Of a stretch of 64,000 nucleotides of DNA, positions 1 through 13,169 are shown in pieces. This stretch comes from Nageia nagi. Its lineage: Eukaryota > Plantae > Pinophyta. Position numbers and translations under genes: made by a program. The notes under the pieces were generated by a model. The model did not search any database. It was not told the DNA's origin and was given only the letters and a program-made list of their open reading frames with translations. Every line of letters begins with the position of its first letter. The first letter of the stretch is position 1. The stretch covers positions 207,762,001 to 207,826,000 of the forward strand of contig JBITNC010000001.1 of NCBI GenBank assembly GCA_050084985.1, read 5' to 3'.

Positions 1-1048
1 ACCAAAGCATACAACTATTTATTATCTGTAGAATAATTATGAACAACTCCTGAAAACAATTAAGAATGATAACATACTGGTTTATCTCTTTGGAGTAGAA
101 TTGCTCCCATAGCATGGCTTGAAGCATCGATCTTCACTTCGAAAGGCATTCTTAAATCCGACATATCAAGAATGGGTGCATTGCATACCGTGTCCTTCAA
201 CTTCCGAAATGCTTGTTCTTCTTCTTTACCCCACACAATACTGCTATTTTTTTGCAACATTTTCAGCAATGGTACAACATGTGAAAAATCCTTGGTAAAC
301 TTCCTCAAATACTGAATTGCGCCAACAAAGCTTCATTCAGTTTGGCTTTGACCACTATTGAATGGTTGCAACTTTGGTTGATAAACCAAATAAGATTCAA
401 TTTCAGCTGTTTGCTACAAAACTATCACCACTTTTCTCAAGTATTGCATATGCTCCTCCCAAGTATAGTTGTACACCAAAATATCATCTAAAAATTCAAG
501 TGCACACTTATCCAACATTGGACAAAGTACATCATTCATCATTCTCATGAATGTTGTAGGAGCATTGGTCAATCCAAATGGCATGGCCAACCACTCAAAA
601 AGACCTTGTTTTGTCTTGAAGGTTGTTTTCTTCATTTGGATTAGATGATAATCAAATCTCAAATCAAGTTTGGTGAAATATTTGGCATGCTTCAGCTGAT
701 CAAACAAATAATCAATATGAGGAAGTGGATACCTATTTTTGATGGTGATTTTGCTGAGTGCTATATAACCAATGCACATCCTCCAGGCCCCATCCTTATC
801 TGGAACCTAAACAATGGGAGAACCTACCGATGATACACTAGGCCTCACAAGCTCTTGTTCGAACAATTCTTGGACTTGTTTTTTCACCTCATTAGATTCC
901 AATATCGATTGCCAATACAACCCAATACTAGGGATAGGCGAATCCGACAACAATTGAATTTTATGTTCTACCTCTCTCTTTGGTGGTATGCCATGAGGTG
1001 CTTGCATAACGTTTTGGAACTCTTGGATCAACTTCTTGAAATATTCCA

Positions 1049-2180
1049 AACTAGGGCAAGCAAGATTTATAACAAAATAGTGAAATCCAATTTAACCTTA
1101 TTACTCCAAACTTAAATAAATTCTCAACATTACCAACAATGCCCTAGCTTATGCAAAATATTTAAATTACACAAATAAATGCCAAATTATTCTTAAAAAT
1201 AGGACGATTTAGGAAATTGCTCAAAATAGGGCAAAATAATCCAAGCGACCAAGCATTCCCCAAATGAGGCCAAATAATGAGACAAAATTATGAAATAAAT
1301 ACCAATATTTTCAAAATATTCAAATGAACCAAGAATGTGATCTTAGGAAGCTCAGGATGTCTCCAAAGGGGTGATTTCTCACTAGGGAGCTAAGAACACC
1401 ACAATGAAGATGCCAAATTTACTCCAAATTGTCTCCTTGTGCTAGACGTCTCACTCCTAGGGCCAAGACTGGATGCCAAGATCCAAACTCCACCTTCAAA
1501 GCTGAATGTCTAGGGTAGGTCTTCACTTGAACTGCACTACGACTATCTGAGGCTAATTGTTTGAATATATGAAGCGCGAAGGCCTATACCACCTCGAGGG
1601 GTTGTGTCCACAAGATGGGGTTTCTCTTGAATGGTTTCGTCTCCATGAGAGAAGAGAAGCTGTGCACTCTACAATAGGGGGGTTTGATAAAAGATAGCAT
1701 ATCCCCCAAATGATGCATCCTCCTCTTTTTATAGTGAGCAAGGAGATGTCATGTTCTAATTTGTGGTTGGCTGACCCAACCCAAAAATATAAAATCACTC
1801 CTAAAAATAATAAATTAACTACCTAGATGGGAGTCCACTCTTGAGGGGTCAAGTTACAATTATGGCCCATGCTCAGTATTAAAATATAAAATACTCCTAA
1901 ATTAACTAAATTGGCTCCTAATACCCATATAATTGGGACGTCCACCTTGGGATGCTCAATTTCTAATTGTTGCATCCAAGAATGAGGTACTCATCATCAT
2001 AGGGTTAAATTCATATTTATTATGTCCCTTTTACACCATACTATTACAATAATGCTAAAATATTCCAAAAATTACAAATTTACAATGAAGAGGAGCGTTC
2101 CATTTAAAAATGGCTTGAAATTTGGAACACCTTAATTTTGGAATATGACACTTCAACTCTCCGCTTTTCTTAGGAGTACA
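1049..2180 (-). mobile_element. Truncated LTR fragment inserted between protease and RT of the host gypsy element
   Basis: Non-coding block interrupting pol. Ends ..ttaggagtaca (minus-strand start TGTACTCC); minus-strand TATA at ~1726-1733. The left end lacks TG and a TSD, and some host codons appear to be missing. Confidence 0.6.
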
Positions 2181-2888
2181 ATTGGACCTCTTGATAGCAT
2201 TCACCATCCTTTTTGGTTGTTGAGCAATCACCAAGTGAAATATCTTTTGCCCTTTGTAAAGGCGAGTTTTGAATCCTTTTCCATCTTTCACCAACCTCGT
2301 TCAAGCTTCTGTAAAATGTAGCATCTCATTCCTTCAAATATGGGCTACCAAAGACAACTTGGCATATATACAGTGATAAAATATCACAAGTTAGCTCATC
2401 TTTGAACTTCTCATCAATGGAAAATATGAAAGTGCATTACTTAGTAACCTATAGCTCAACATTATTGTGCAACCATCCCAATGGATAAAGTTGAGGATGA
2501 GGTTTCTCCTCTAATTCCAACTGCTGTACAATTTTTTCTGAAATCAGATTTCTTTGTGATCCAAAATCATACATTGTAACTTACCTTTGCCATCTTGATT
2601 TGGATATACACCCAAAACAACTCTTCTTTATTTTCTTTTGGAACTGTCGTCTCCTTTGGGACATGAACTTTGGCTTGTCCATGAGCCTCCAAAGTATGTA
2701 GGTCCCTTTCATCTTGCTTGGTCATACAAGCCAACTTATCTTCAGCCTTTGTAGTGTGAATGCAATCTTCATCTTGTTGACACACATTTGCTGAGTTCTT
2801 CTTGCCTTTGTTCAACCATTTAGGCTTATTTTTAGGATGCAATTTTGAGCACTTAACAATTGCATGCCCATCAACCTTGCAATGATCA

Positions 2889-5734
2889 TGTTAATCGTTT
2901 TTTCTTGTCAGAAAGAAAAAGGGGACAACATGGATCTATGATCCTCCTTTTAATGAGGTGGTATTCGAAGTAGTAACTTAGGTTTCTCTCCAGTTTGATG
3001 CATTAACTCAAATCATGTTTCCCATCAAAAGATCTCCGTTATCGTAAGAGTTAACTCTTGCTGATGTAGCTTGCAAGAGGAATCACTTAATCCAATTCAA
3101 CTACGTAGATTGGTTAAATTGTTGAGTTATCAGATCTCCTTCAATGGTGTTTACTTTGTTCCACGCGACCAAGTGAATGTTAATTACAATCTAAGTCATT
3201 TGATCATGATATAATAAAGTTTCCATAAATTGTTATCCCTGCTGAAGAATTCTTGCTAAGAATAATACTTGGTACAATTTGACTGTTCATAGCTTGTCAA
3301 GTTGTAGGAAATAAATTATTCTACAATGAAACTTAGTGATTAGCTTCACACACATTCTATGTCTTTTAATCACCAAGTGTTTGCTTGTTCTCGAAAAGTT
3401 AATCTCACACTACATAGCTTGAGTGAAATGCTTTTACTTAGTGAAAATCTAAGTGAACATATAGCTTGTTAGAATTTCAAAAGGAAATCGATTCTTAAAG
3501 CATAAGATAGAGAGCTGAATTTCTACTTGCAGTCCATCTAAGTTTGAAGAATGATCTCACAAAGAACTACACAAGTACTTGAAATAAAAGACATGTTTTA
3601 TTATCATGTGCCTGCAGGCTTGCTTTACAAATTCTTCTAAGTGCTAGAGCTCAAGCTCCACCAGAGAGATCCCCAAAATGACTTGCATCGTGACTTTTAT
3701 AATGATTGGAGGTGGTTACATCCTCCAAGAAACTCTAACTACCTAGGAAACCTTAACCATCTTTATAACCCTAGTTTACTTTGCAAACCCTAGTTACTTC
3801 TAAAAAAGAGATTCAAAATTTGACTAACTCCTTGAGAAGAAGATGAAAAATAAACTAAGTCCTTTTCTCAAGATTACATTTTATTTTAAAAAATAAACTA
3901 AGTCTAGAAAAACAAGATCTGAAAATAATTTAACTCTGTAAAATAGGACTTGAAAAATAGTCTAAGTCATTTTTCCTAGATTACAACAATGGACTATCAT
4001 TCCCACAATTTCTTCAATACTTTGAATTTCTTCATTCTCCTGTTACAATCTTTATTATCAAATTGAAGAGATTTGTCTCTTTTCTAGAACTATATCCCTT
4101 GGATACAGGTTCTTCATTTGTCCCTTTTGAAGATGGTTCACCTATGGTAGGTCTCCTCTCTAGCCCAAATCTTGTGAGCTCACGTTCGTTTACACAATTC
4201 TCCTTCACGCACTTTTGTGTCTATTATGTGTGGTTTTACTTTGCAAAAATCATATTTATGTTAGAGGAGTAAATGAAATCTTTACAGAAAAATCAAAATG
4301 AAACAAGTAGACTACTCCTCATCTCGTGTTTCACCATTTCGTCATCTCCAAGGATAAAAGATGGAAATTTTATCATGCAATAATTCATTTCTCCAAGGAT
4401 AAAAGATATCTTCTTCACATCTCCTACGGTTCAAACGACATTAAAAATGGAGTCCTAACACAAAAGTTATGGTCGTTTAACGGTTGGAACTTCTTTATCC
4501 CCGTTCACGTTACTTGGTCGTTCATCTTGATTTTCTACCTTTTAACATCGTATTAGATCCCAAAATTTTATTATAATCATAGATAGCATTCTCTTCTTTC
4601 CAACACATCTGATGGCATTGAAAACGAAGTCCTAGATTGAGAATTATGATTGTTTAACGGTCGAGACCTTGCATTGTCGATGACCTTATTTTTCAACCCC
4701 AAGGCCGCTTTTTTAATTTTCTATTTTTCTATCAAAAAATTTGATCTTCAAACACTTTTGAGATTGTAGCTAATCCTATCACCTTTCCAACGGTTCAAAC
4801 AACACTAAAAACGAAGTCCTCATGCGAAAGTTATGGTTATTTAACGATCATGTTCCTAACATCGTGAATGACATCGTTCCTTAATGTTCCCGTTTGTATG
4901 TCATTCTTGTCCAAATACTTGTTTTTCTCGAATTTTGAAGCTAGATTCGGGATAAATTAGCAAAACAAGGAAGTTCGATCAATATTCCAACTCCAACATA
5001 ACATTTCTCGAATTTTGTGAAGGATCAGGGACCTAGCCATTTTTAGGTTGTCATTCCTCGAGTTCTCAGGCATTTTGTCAAACACTTTGCAGCTGATCTG
5101 AGCCCTGCAATGAAAAATCGATCCATACTGTTTTAGAACTTTGTGTCTAGCTTCTAACGCTTCTCCCTCCAACAAGTCGGTTGAACGATGAGGGAATACC
5201 ATTCTACGCAAAATTGAGCTGATATATTTTCAACAATTTCAGTTTGTGTATGTTTTGAAAGGTGTAAATAGTGGAATGATCTCGTTTTGCTGCTGATTAT
5301 CACAAATTTTGTGGTTTATATGTATTTAGTAGGGAAATTCATATATCCAATTTAATTTTATAGACATCTTGGTTCGAGTTTCAACCAGCAAGATCAAGAA
5401 GGTAAACAATGCATGTGTAATAGTTCATCTCAAGAATAATGCAGTAAGGATCACTCATGCTATCCTTATGCACTAGACATGCATGGTTGCATCAAGGAAA
5501 ACACATTCAATGTTTATGCAGTTGAATTGGATTAAGTGATTCCTCTTGCAAGCTACATCAACAAAGGGTTAACTCTTACGATAAAGGAGATCTTTTGATG
5601 GTAAACATGATTTGAGTTATTGGATCAAACCGAACTGAAACCTAAGTTACTACTTCAAGGACCACCTCGTTAAAAGGAGGATCATAGATCTCTGCTGTCC
5701 CCTTTTTCTTTTTCACAAGAAAAAGCGGTTAATA
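2889..5734. mobile_element. 2.85-kb non-coding insertion with ~220-bp terminal inverted repeats, TG..(C>T)A ends and a 5-bp TSD
   Basis: 2889-~3109 (tgttaatcgttttttcttg..gaggaatcacttaatccaattcaact) is the reverse complement of ~5513-5734 (agttgaattggattaagtgattcctc..caagaaaaagcggttaata). Flanks gatca (2884-2888) and gattg (5735-5739) are both CpG-decay products of GATCG. Removing the insert restores host gag ERHCDHCKVDGH. Confidence 0.88.
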
Positions 5735-6658
5735 GATTGCAATGCCTTTCATCCTTCTACATCGATGTAGAAGTCTTCTTAGTCTGATAGAAGTCTTCTA
5801 TCACTTTGCTGGTTAGAGGTTTGCTGATTTTGATTTGGTCTCTTGCTTTTCATCTCCAAGTACATTGCCTTGATGCATGCCTCTCAATACTTGTGACAAT
5901 AGAAAGTGCCAACTCTATTTTGAGATGATAGTTCAATCCTCCATTGTACATCTTCAAAACTGATGGGTCTTGTAGATTAATGTTCAACAATACTTCTTGC
6001 TTCTTGAATTTAGTAATCTAATCTTGAACATTCTATTCTTGTTTCTACCCCAAGAAATTGCCATCTCTCTTCCATTTTTTCTTGGTAACCAACTGAATAG
6101 AATTGATCTTTGAGTGCAATTGCAAATTGAGCTCATGTTTGTACAGGCGGTTGGCTATTAAGAGCCAAACCAACAACATATGCCTCCCAACATGTGAGAG
6201 CATTACCTCCAAGCTTAAGCCTATCAAAACTCACTTTTTGGGGCTCCTATAGTGCTTGGTAGTAAAGTAGACCTTTAGTTGCTACAACCAACCATCCAAT
6301 TTCTTAGAATCCAACTATCCACTATAGACGAGTATGTCCAACTTCACCTCCATCCTAAATGGGTTTTCTACCAAAGGCACAAAATTAGATGTAGAAGCTC
6401 CTTCTTAGGAATCTTGAACTCCTTGTTTATGGGCTGAATCAGTTTACCTTACAACATTTCCATCATCTTGCTGAGTTGTGTGCGAGTGTTCTCCATCTTA
6501 AAATATCTCTTTAGAAACTCCTCAGATATTTGATTTTCAGAGCCATTGAAGTTCTTCATAGTCTTCACTTCATTTTTGGGTCATATGGAACCAGTTGTCC
6601 TTGCTGAGACCTTCTACCTTGCAAACACACATCTCAAGAAAGAACTTGCACTGATATC

Positions 6659-7404
6659 TGTAATAGATAGCCAAATTATGACTATTCTCAACAATTACAG
6701 ATTTTAGAATTGGATGAAGTATGTAATCTCAATGCAAATGAGACTAACTATTGAAATACAATAGTGTAATTAGCAAAACATTCACTGAGACAATGATTTA
6801 TCTTGGAAAAGCCTTAATGTGGGGAAAAAACCACTTTTGAAGAGCTCACTAGCTTTATTAATGACTCAAAATGGAGTTACAGCCTCGAGAATTGTTACAA
6901 CATATTACTACTGCAATAAACAACTGATACAAGTTAAAAGAAGCACCCAACTGTCTGCAATGAACCTCCAAAATCGCCGCTCCACAAAACTCTCTTGAAC
7001 TATTCTTCACTACCTCTTCATTCTTTCTTCATTATCCTCAAAACGAGGTAAAATGAGGTGCGAACTTGTAATTTATAGATGCCCAAATGATCCTTGACCT
7101 TCCACCTTACTTGAACTCTTGTACTTCCACCCTTTTGTCATTTTAACTTCTCGTGACTTTTCGATTAAACATATGCGAAATGTCCTTAGGCCGATTGCAA
7201 ACATATTGTTGGGTTGGTAGCAGTTGTGGCTTGCTGTCGGGTCGACAACACTATGGTATGTTGTTGGGTTGGCAATAGTTGTGGCTTGCTGTTGGCCCAG
7301 TACCAATTGCGACTTGCTATGAGCTAGGTACTTGTTTCTCCATATTATTGGCTTGATACTTGTTTCTACATGTTGTTGGCCAACTTGATAACCCTGTTAT
7401 TACT
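6659..7404 (-). repeat. Putative 5' LTR of the chromovirus-like element
   Basis: Starts tgtaatag directly beside the PBS and ends gttattact (short imperfect inverted termini). Minus-strand TATA (tttatag) near 7071; short GT-rich internal repeats at 7200-7390. The partner LTR is outside the window. Confidence 0.55.
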
Positions 7405-9123
7405 AAAAGTGGTTAGTGGGCTTGAATAAGAATAGAGCGTCGAGCCATGAGCAATACCTTCGAATCCATCTTCAATGAGGTCATAGCAAGAGGGATGAAC
7501 CTATTGTCTAGCATTGGGTAGGGGTGACCATAGGGCTTTCCCCTCCCTTTGCTCCTCCTTCGTAAAATGGAATAGGCCCTTGTAAGCTATGCAATTGTTC
7601 ATCAAGGGCCTTTATTCATGAGCAGGAACCATTGAACTCCCTTATCATTACTCAAGGATTGATGAAACGAAGAGGATGAAACACCTTATTCGAACCTATC
7701 TCAACCGAGGCAGTGAGTTGGAACGCATTAAGTAGCCCTTCTTAGCCTGGTGAACCCTATCAAAATTTCTATAGGCTTTGCATTGGGGAGCACCTATAAA
7801 CAATCAATGTTGTGATCACATTCACCAGACCATTGGTAGTTTGATGGTAACACAAGACCTTGTGTCAACTAGGTTGCAAAGGATTTGTTGGGATGCTTTT
7901 CTTTCCCTCAACGACTCTTTGAAAATTGTGTGTAGGACTTAGGAGCTACCCAGCAACATAGTCGGGAAAGCGTGACCAATTCCCCTGTTTGAAAAGAACT
8001 TTATACCTCCAAGGCTCTTGTCGAAACACCTACTCAATGCTCTAATGTTGTAGGTATGCTTGTCAAGCGAAATCCTGTGCTTGCGCAAGTTTCTTTGCGT
8101 AGGGATAGATAATAAAAATGCGGTATCCTTCTTTGGAATCGGCCTCAATGGAAACTGAATGGAATGAGGGGTAATAGTCTGTTAACCAACGTTTTTTATT
8201 TGATGTAGAGTTTATTCAGAATATGTGTATGGACTTAACGATTGCATTTGGATTTGAAAGCATGAAGAAAGCATAAAGGCAATATAGTAAAAGGTGAAGG
8301 ACAACACCTTGGAGAAGGAACGAAAACTTGGTTGGGTATGAGTTTGAGGTTCATTGACAGGAAGTGTCTAAGAGTTGATCTCTTTCGAATTAGTTAAGGA
8401 CTCTTCATCCAATTCTTCCAACCTTGCAAGCAAGCAGCTTCAATGTTTGAATTCCTTCAAAGAGGAGCCGGGAGGAATTCCAAATGGATGGAAAGAGAAA
8501 GTTTCAAAGTGAAAGGATCATGGTTTTGGATGGACCTAAAAAGATGTCATGAAAGTAGAAATTGACATAGAATACCCAATCAACTTGTATGTTGAGGATC
8601 AAGTAACATGCATAGGTTAGCTTCAAACACTTTGTAAAGTAGTTCAGATATAACTTTCCTAAAACTTGAAAGTTTTCAAAGGAATAAAATGAAAGTGCAC
8701 AAACTAACTATGAATGTCCTCAAAGATTCAATCCACAACACCAATATGAAAAATATCAAACTCAAGTTATTTGGCATAACCACTTTGTATTAGTTCTTGA
8801 AAAAGAGGTGCAAAGATTTACAAATGTGCTCTCACTTCTTAAAAAAAAGTTCTGTCTTCAAGAATGAAGTGCTTGCTTCATGAATGAAGTCTTTACAAAA
8901 ATGAGACCCTATGTCTCATACTTATAGACTTTTAGAAACCCTAAAAGTGACTTTTGAAACCCTAAAAGTGAGTTTCAAAACCATAATCTCTAATTGCAAA
9001 ATTTAAAACTATTTACAGGCTAATTTTAATGCTAATTGAGATTACATTTTGACTTAGTGGAAATCCACAAAGTTAGCCAAAATTTGGCTTACATATCAAA
9101 ATTTGCCAAAAATAGATCCCTTT

Positions 9124-12100
9124 CTATTCTGGTGGTGGTGGGAAGATGGCTTGTACATTCATCGCTATTTTGGCTTTAAAATCATCTCCCATGAACGCTT
9201 CTATGTTTCGGATCGCCCGGTGGATAATCTAGAGGATTCCTTCATTTGGTAGCAGGTACTCCAGGATGGCCTTATTAGTTTTGACCATTTCCATGCACCA
9301 TGTGGCAATTCTAACTCGTTTCATCTGTTTTCCCGTATTTAGGCCGTGTGGATATTCAGGACACAACTGTTTTGCAGTAGTGGTGTGGATTGCTGTCATC
9401 ATCGTCATATACTCCTTGATACTGCCGTTTTCTTCAAACAAAGGTACTTGGAATTCATATTCCCTTGCTTGCTCGTTGATAACGACCTTGAGTTGATTCT
9501 TTGTGTATATGAAGTCGGTGGATTTGACTTTGGCATAGAATAAGTAATCATAATGCTGGAACCAATCGTGATAGAAATCTAGCATGATCGGGTGATGGGA
9601 AGCCCTTCTTTGTAGGTCAAACATTGTGGGGTATCCCTTCTTCCATACGATGATTAACTGGTCTAATTTCTCAGTTTGAGAATGTGAACACTCCTCAATA
9701 TAAAAATTTGTCATGCATGAATGGAGTCCTTTGATAGCATCAATAAGATCCTTGGTCCATTCTTGTTTAACGGTGGTGATTCCAGTGTTCAAGTCAACTT
9801 GCTTCTTGATATCTTCAACTGTCAAATTAGCAGCCTTAACTTCTTTAGCAATCATTTCCTGACTAGCCACTTTTTTCTTTAGTTCCCGAATTTCTAATTT
9901 TAACAAGGTACCTGATTCTCTCAGTGCCCATGTATTTGTGATGATGCTGTGCTCCATTCCCAATGGGGCAACAATTTTTGCATGGGCTTCTTCTATCTCA
10001 ACTGTGAGGGTGAACTTTCTGGTACCATGTTCTTTCTTGAGTAGAGCTTGTCCTTGTAGGTGACTTTACCTACAGTGGTGGTGAGACTATCAATCTGTTG
10101 AAGTTCCTCATTTTCATGTTCGGAATCTTCTTCTTCGCAGGGATGATTTGAACTCAAGTTTGCCATCATTGCAACCATGTTGAAGCGTGGTTCCATAGGT
10201 GGATTTCCGAAAGGGACCATCTCTCCATCTTTGATGATTTCAACGTTATGCTCTACTTGTCTTCTTTTTCTTCTTTGGTCGTTTTCTTTGTCTTCTTCCT
10301 CATTTCCATCATCTCCCCCTGAAGATGATGCCACTATCCTGGGTCTGGATGTGCCCTTCTGTGCTGATTTCGTCGTAGTCCTCCGAGATGGTGGTGTTTC
10401 CGACCCTTGTCTCCGAGGAGTGGTTCTTGGGGTGAATGCTTCTGCTGCTTGCTATACAATCATATCAATCACAAGATTGTCTTCATCAAGAATCCCTATT
10501 GAGTGATCAATTTCAAATCTGTCAAAGGCAATATCTCAGTTTACTTCCATGTTGGTGTCGATGATTGTTTTGAGGTCCATCTCTTAATCGGACTCTGATG
10601 GACTAGTCGGTTCATACTTGTCGGAACTGGATGATGGTGTACTGGGGTTCGGATTCAGGCGCATACCACTCCAATTCAAACCTTGCAGGAGATCTATCTT
10701 TTTCTGCAAGTGTTTGAATGGTTGAGAGATCAAGCTTGCCCTTATGAGGTCCATGATTCCATTCTTCGTACCCGTGACAGTAGTTTCAATGCTTTGTCCA
10801 GGGATGCTATTGGTAGCATACTGCTTGTTGTATCCTTGAGCTAGGGTTACTAAGGGTGATATTATGGGAATAACATACCCATGGCTTGGAGGTACTGTGA
10901 CTTATGCATCAGCTTTCAGCTTAGCAACTTCTTCTGCTTCTCGTTGTTTTTGCTCCCTTTTTAGCTCTTTGTGAATACGCTGAACCTGCAAGGTGTCTTG
11001 AATGTTTATGTACCTCTATGCTACCAAGGGATTGGTGTGGATATGACGAGCTCCATGTTTTCTGGAAAAATGCATCAATCACTCCATTTGGATCATAATG
11101 ATCCGCAACTACCTCGGTTGGGAATTCATACAACGCCAACTCTTGTTTGACCATGTCAATTTGATGCCAGGTGGTGCACTCATAATTCTCGATGATGACA
11201 GGTAGTTGGTAGGTTGGTGAAGCTTTCTTTATCCATACCTTGTCATGCATGTTAAGAAAGTGTTTGGAAAATTCCATTAGGATGAGACGATCACTTGCAT
11301 AACGGGGTAGCTTGTAAGGGGCATCTTTGGAACCATAGGCTCTAAGGTTTGTGAACTCTATGTCTTCCATGAAGAAGTCCGCGTGTCCCTTAATAGTGGC
11401 AGCAGCTTCATCAGATATTCTGTGTACATGGTTTCTGCCGATGATCTCTTCATAAATTTTGCCTTCAAAACCCGTAGTCATAATCTTCCAGTTGCCGTCG
11501 TTCAATTTGTTGTGAGCATAGAACCATTGGTAATTCTCCCATACTGGGTGTGTGGGGTCATATAAGTATTTGGTATTGGCAATAGAGGTTAACCTCTCCC
11601 TATTGTGAAGGACTAGGTAAACCAAGTAGGAGTTCATGTAGAATTTATTGCTCCTTTGAATGTTTTTCAATTGTTGAGCCAAGGAATCACTAATCACTCT
11701 GCTCCACCTTATGCCTCTACCACCATTGATCAAATTTATAAACCCAGTGAATTCTACATGGAATTTGGTATCATCTTTTTGTTTGGTCACTTTGGAGAGC
11801 ATTGATATGAGTCTGGAGACTATTGGATAGAATTCTCCTCTGTTAGGTGACGCCAAAGCTCTCCTAGTGAGATGCTTATGGTCATCGGCCAACCAATCTT
11901 TGATTAAATCAGATGATGGTTTTAGACTTTTGTAGAATATCAGGGAATCTTGCACGCTATATGATATGCCTTCACTTGTCCAAGCGAAGGCCTTTTCTAT
12001 CCTGTTCTCAGAGAAGACCATGATCACCTCATTGTTTCTATCAAGGAGTCTTTGTCTTTTGGTGTCACAATGCTTTCCTAGCTCATAGCACAATTCAATG

Positions 12101-12159
12101 ATCCTTGCATTAGGCATCATGGGCTCCGTTGTATGTTCAAGTGTGATAGGGCTATTCAT
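9124..12159 (-). pseudogene. Disrupted ~1010-codon TE accessory ORF (plant transposon protein-like N-terminal domain, acidic/basic disordered middle, coiled-coil C-terminus)
   Basis: Track ORFs 10921-12159 (412 aa; WSRVISDSLAQQL..FYMNSYLVY, LRAYGSKDAPYKLPRYASDRLILME), 9993-10334 and 9229-9963 are collinear. They can be read as one protein across a frameshift and several C>T-type stops, ending AIFPPPPE* at 9124. Confidence 0.7.
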
Positions 12160-13169
12160 CGTGAGCCTTCTCTACTTTCTATCCCTGTTTAAGTGAACAA
12201 TACAGAGTTGGAAGAGTCCTAACAAGCTTCTAGCACTTTTTGGAAAAAGGAATTTTGAAAAATTTGGATTTTGGATTTTACTCTTAAGTGTGCCATCATC
12301 GAAAGTGCCAAAGTTTGCAAGGTTCAAGGTCTTTGAGTGAGTTTGAGATAACACAAAGCTAACTGACTTAGAGGAAAGTGTATTGGCAAGGATTTGGGAC
12401 TTTTGGACAATTTTCAAGTTTTGGCTCAAAGAGTAGACTTTTTCAAGATATTTCTCAAAGGGAAAAAAAGTGAATTTTGGCAAATTTGCCAGATGGTGTT
12501 GGAATTAAGTTTTAACACCTTAGATGGATGGGGAATGAGTGGGGAAGGTGTTTTAAACTTTGAAACGGCCAAAATGGACTTGGAAAACACTTTTTAAAAG
12601 TTTTTGAAAATTTTTATAGATTTTTTTGAAAATTTTCGAAGAAATGATGATTTTGGGCACTCATATCTTGGATCATATGTATTTTTCTTGTTTTTTTGCT
12701 GAAAATAAAAGATGATTACAAGGATAAAGGGTATCCAAATAAGTGATCAAACTTGGATTATGAAAAAATTATTTTTCAAGGGTTTGAGGATTTGAAAATG
12801 GGGATTTGGAGCAAAAATCCTCAAAAACTTGGAAAATAGAGTTCATGTGGGATGGAGGATGTTTGGATCTTGAGTTGTAATGGAGTTTGGGTGAATGGCA
12901 ATGGTGCTAAGTCTTCAAATTCTCCTCCAAGGCTGAACGTTGGCTTTCCTTCTCACTTTGGCTCTCTAATTCTTCAAAATTTTGGCAGCATAAGGGTGCA
13001 AATGAGAGTAATGAGAGAAATGGAGGGGATGTGGGCATATTTATGGTTTGAGGGGTCCAAGAGGTGCCACATGTCAACACCACATCAACCCTAGAGCAAA
13101 ATTTTAAATTTTTAGAGTTTCCTCCTCATGCCCAATGTTGGAAAAGTGCTCCAAAGGGGGAGAAGAGGC

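Larger units (their letters stand above)
1..7404 (-). mobile_element. Degenerate Ty3/gypsy (chromovirus-like) LTR retrotransposon, 5' part: LTR, PBS, gag, protease, RT, RNase H; two nested insertions
   Basis: Minus-strand remnants: RT (RYPLPHIDYLFDQLKHAKYFTKLDL, FEWLAMPFGLTNAPTTF, FLDDILVY; 414-1049), RNase H (FEVKIDASSHAMGAILLQ; 60-308), protease region ~2190-2600, gag zinc knuckle (RHCDHCKVDGH, split at 2888/5735), gag ~5735-6550. Degenerate tRNA-iMet PBS at ~6648-6659 (gcactgatatct vs gctctgatacca) next to an LTR-like segment ~6659-7404. Confidence 0.85.

Noticed and set aside
7560-7700. Possible hammerhead ribozyme (ttgatga..gaaac; ggcccttg..caagggcc hairpin)
   Set aside because: The core is TTGATGA rather than CTGANGA and the would-be stem II cannot pair; only a short hairpin is supported.
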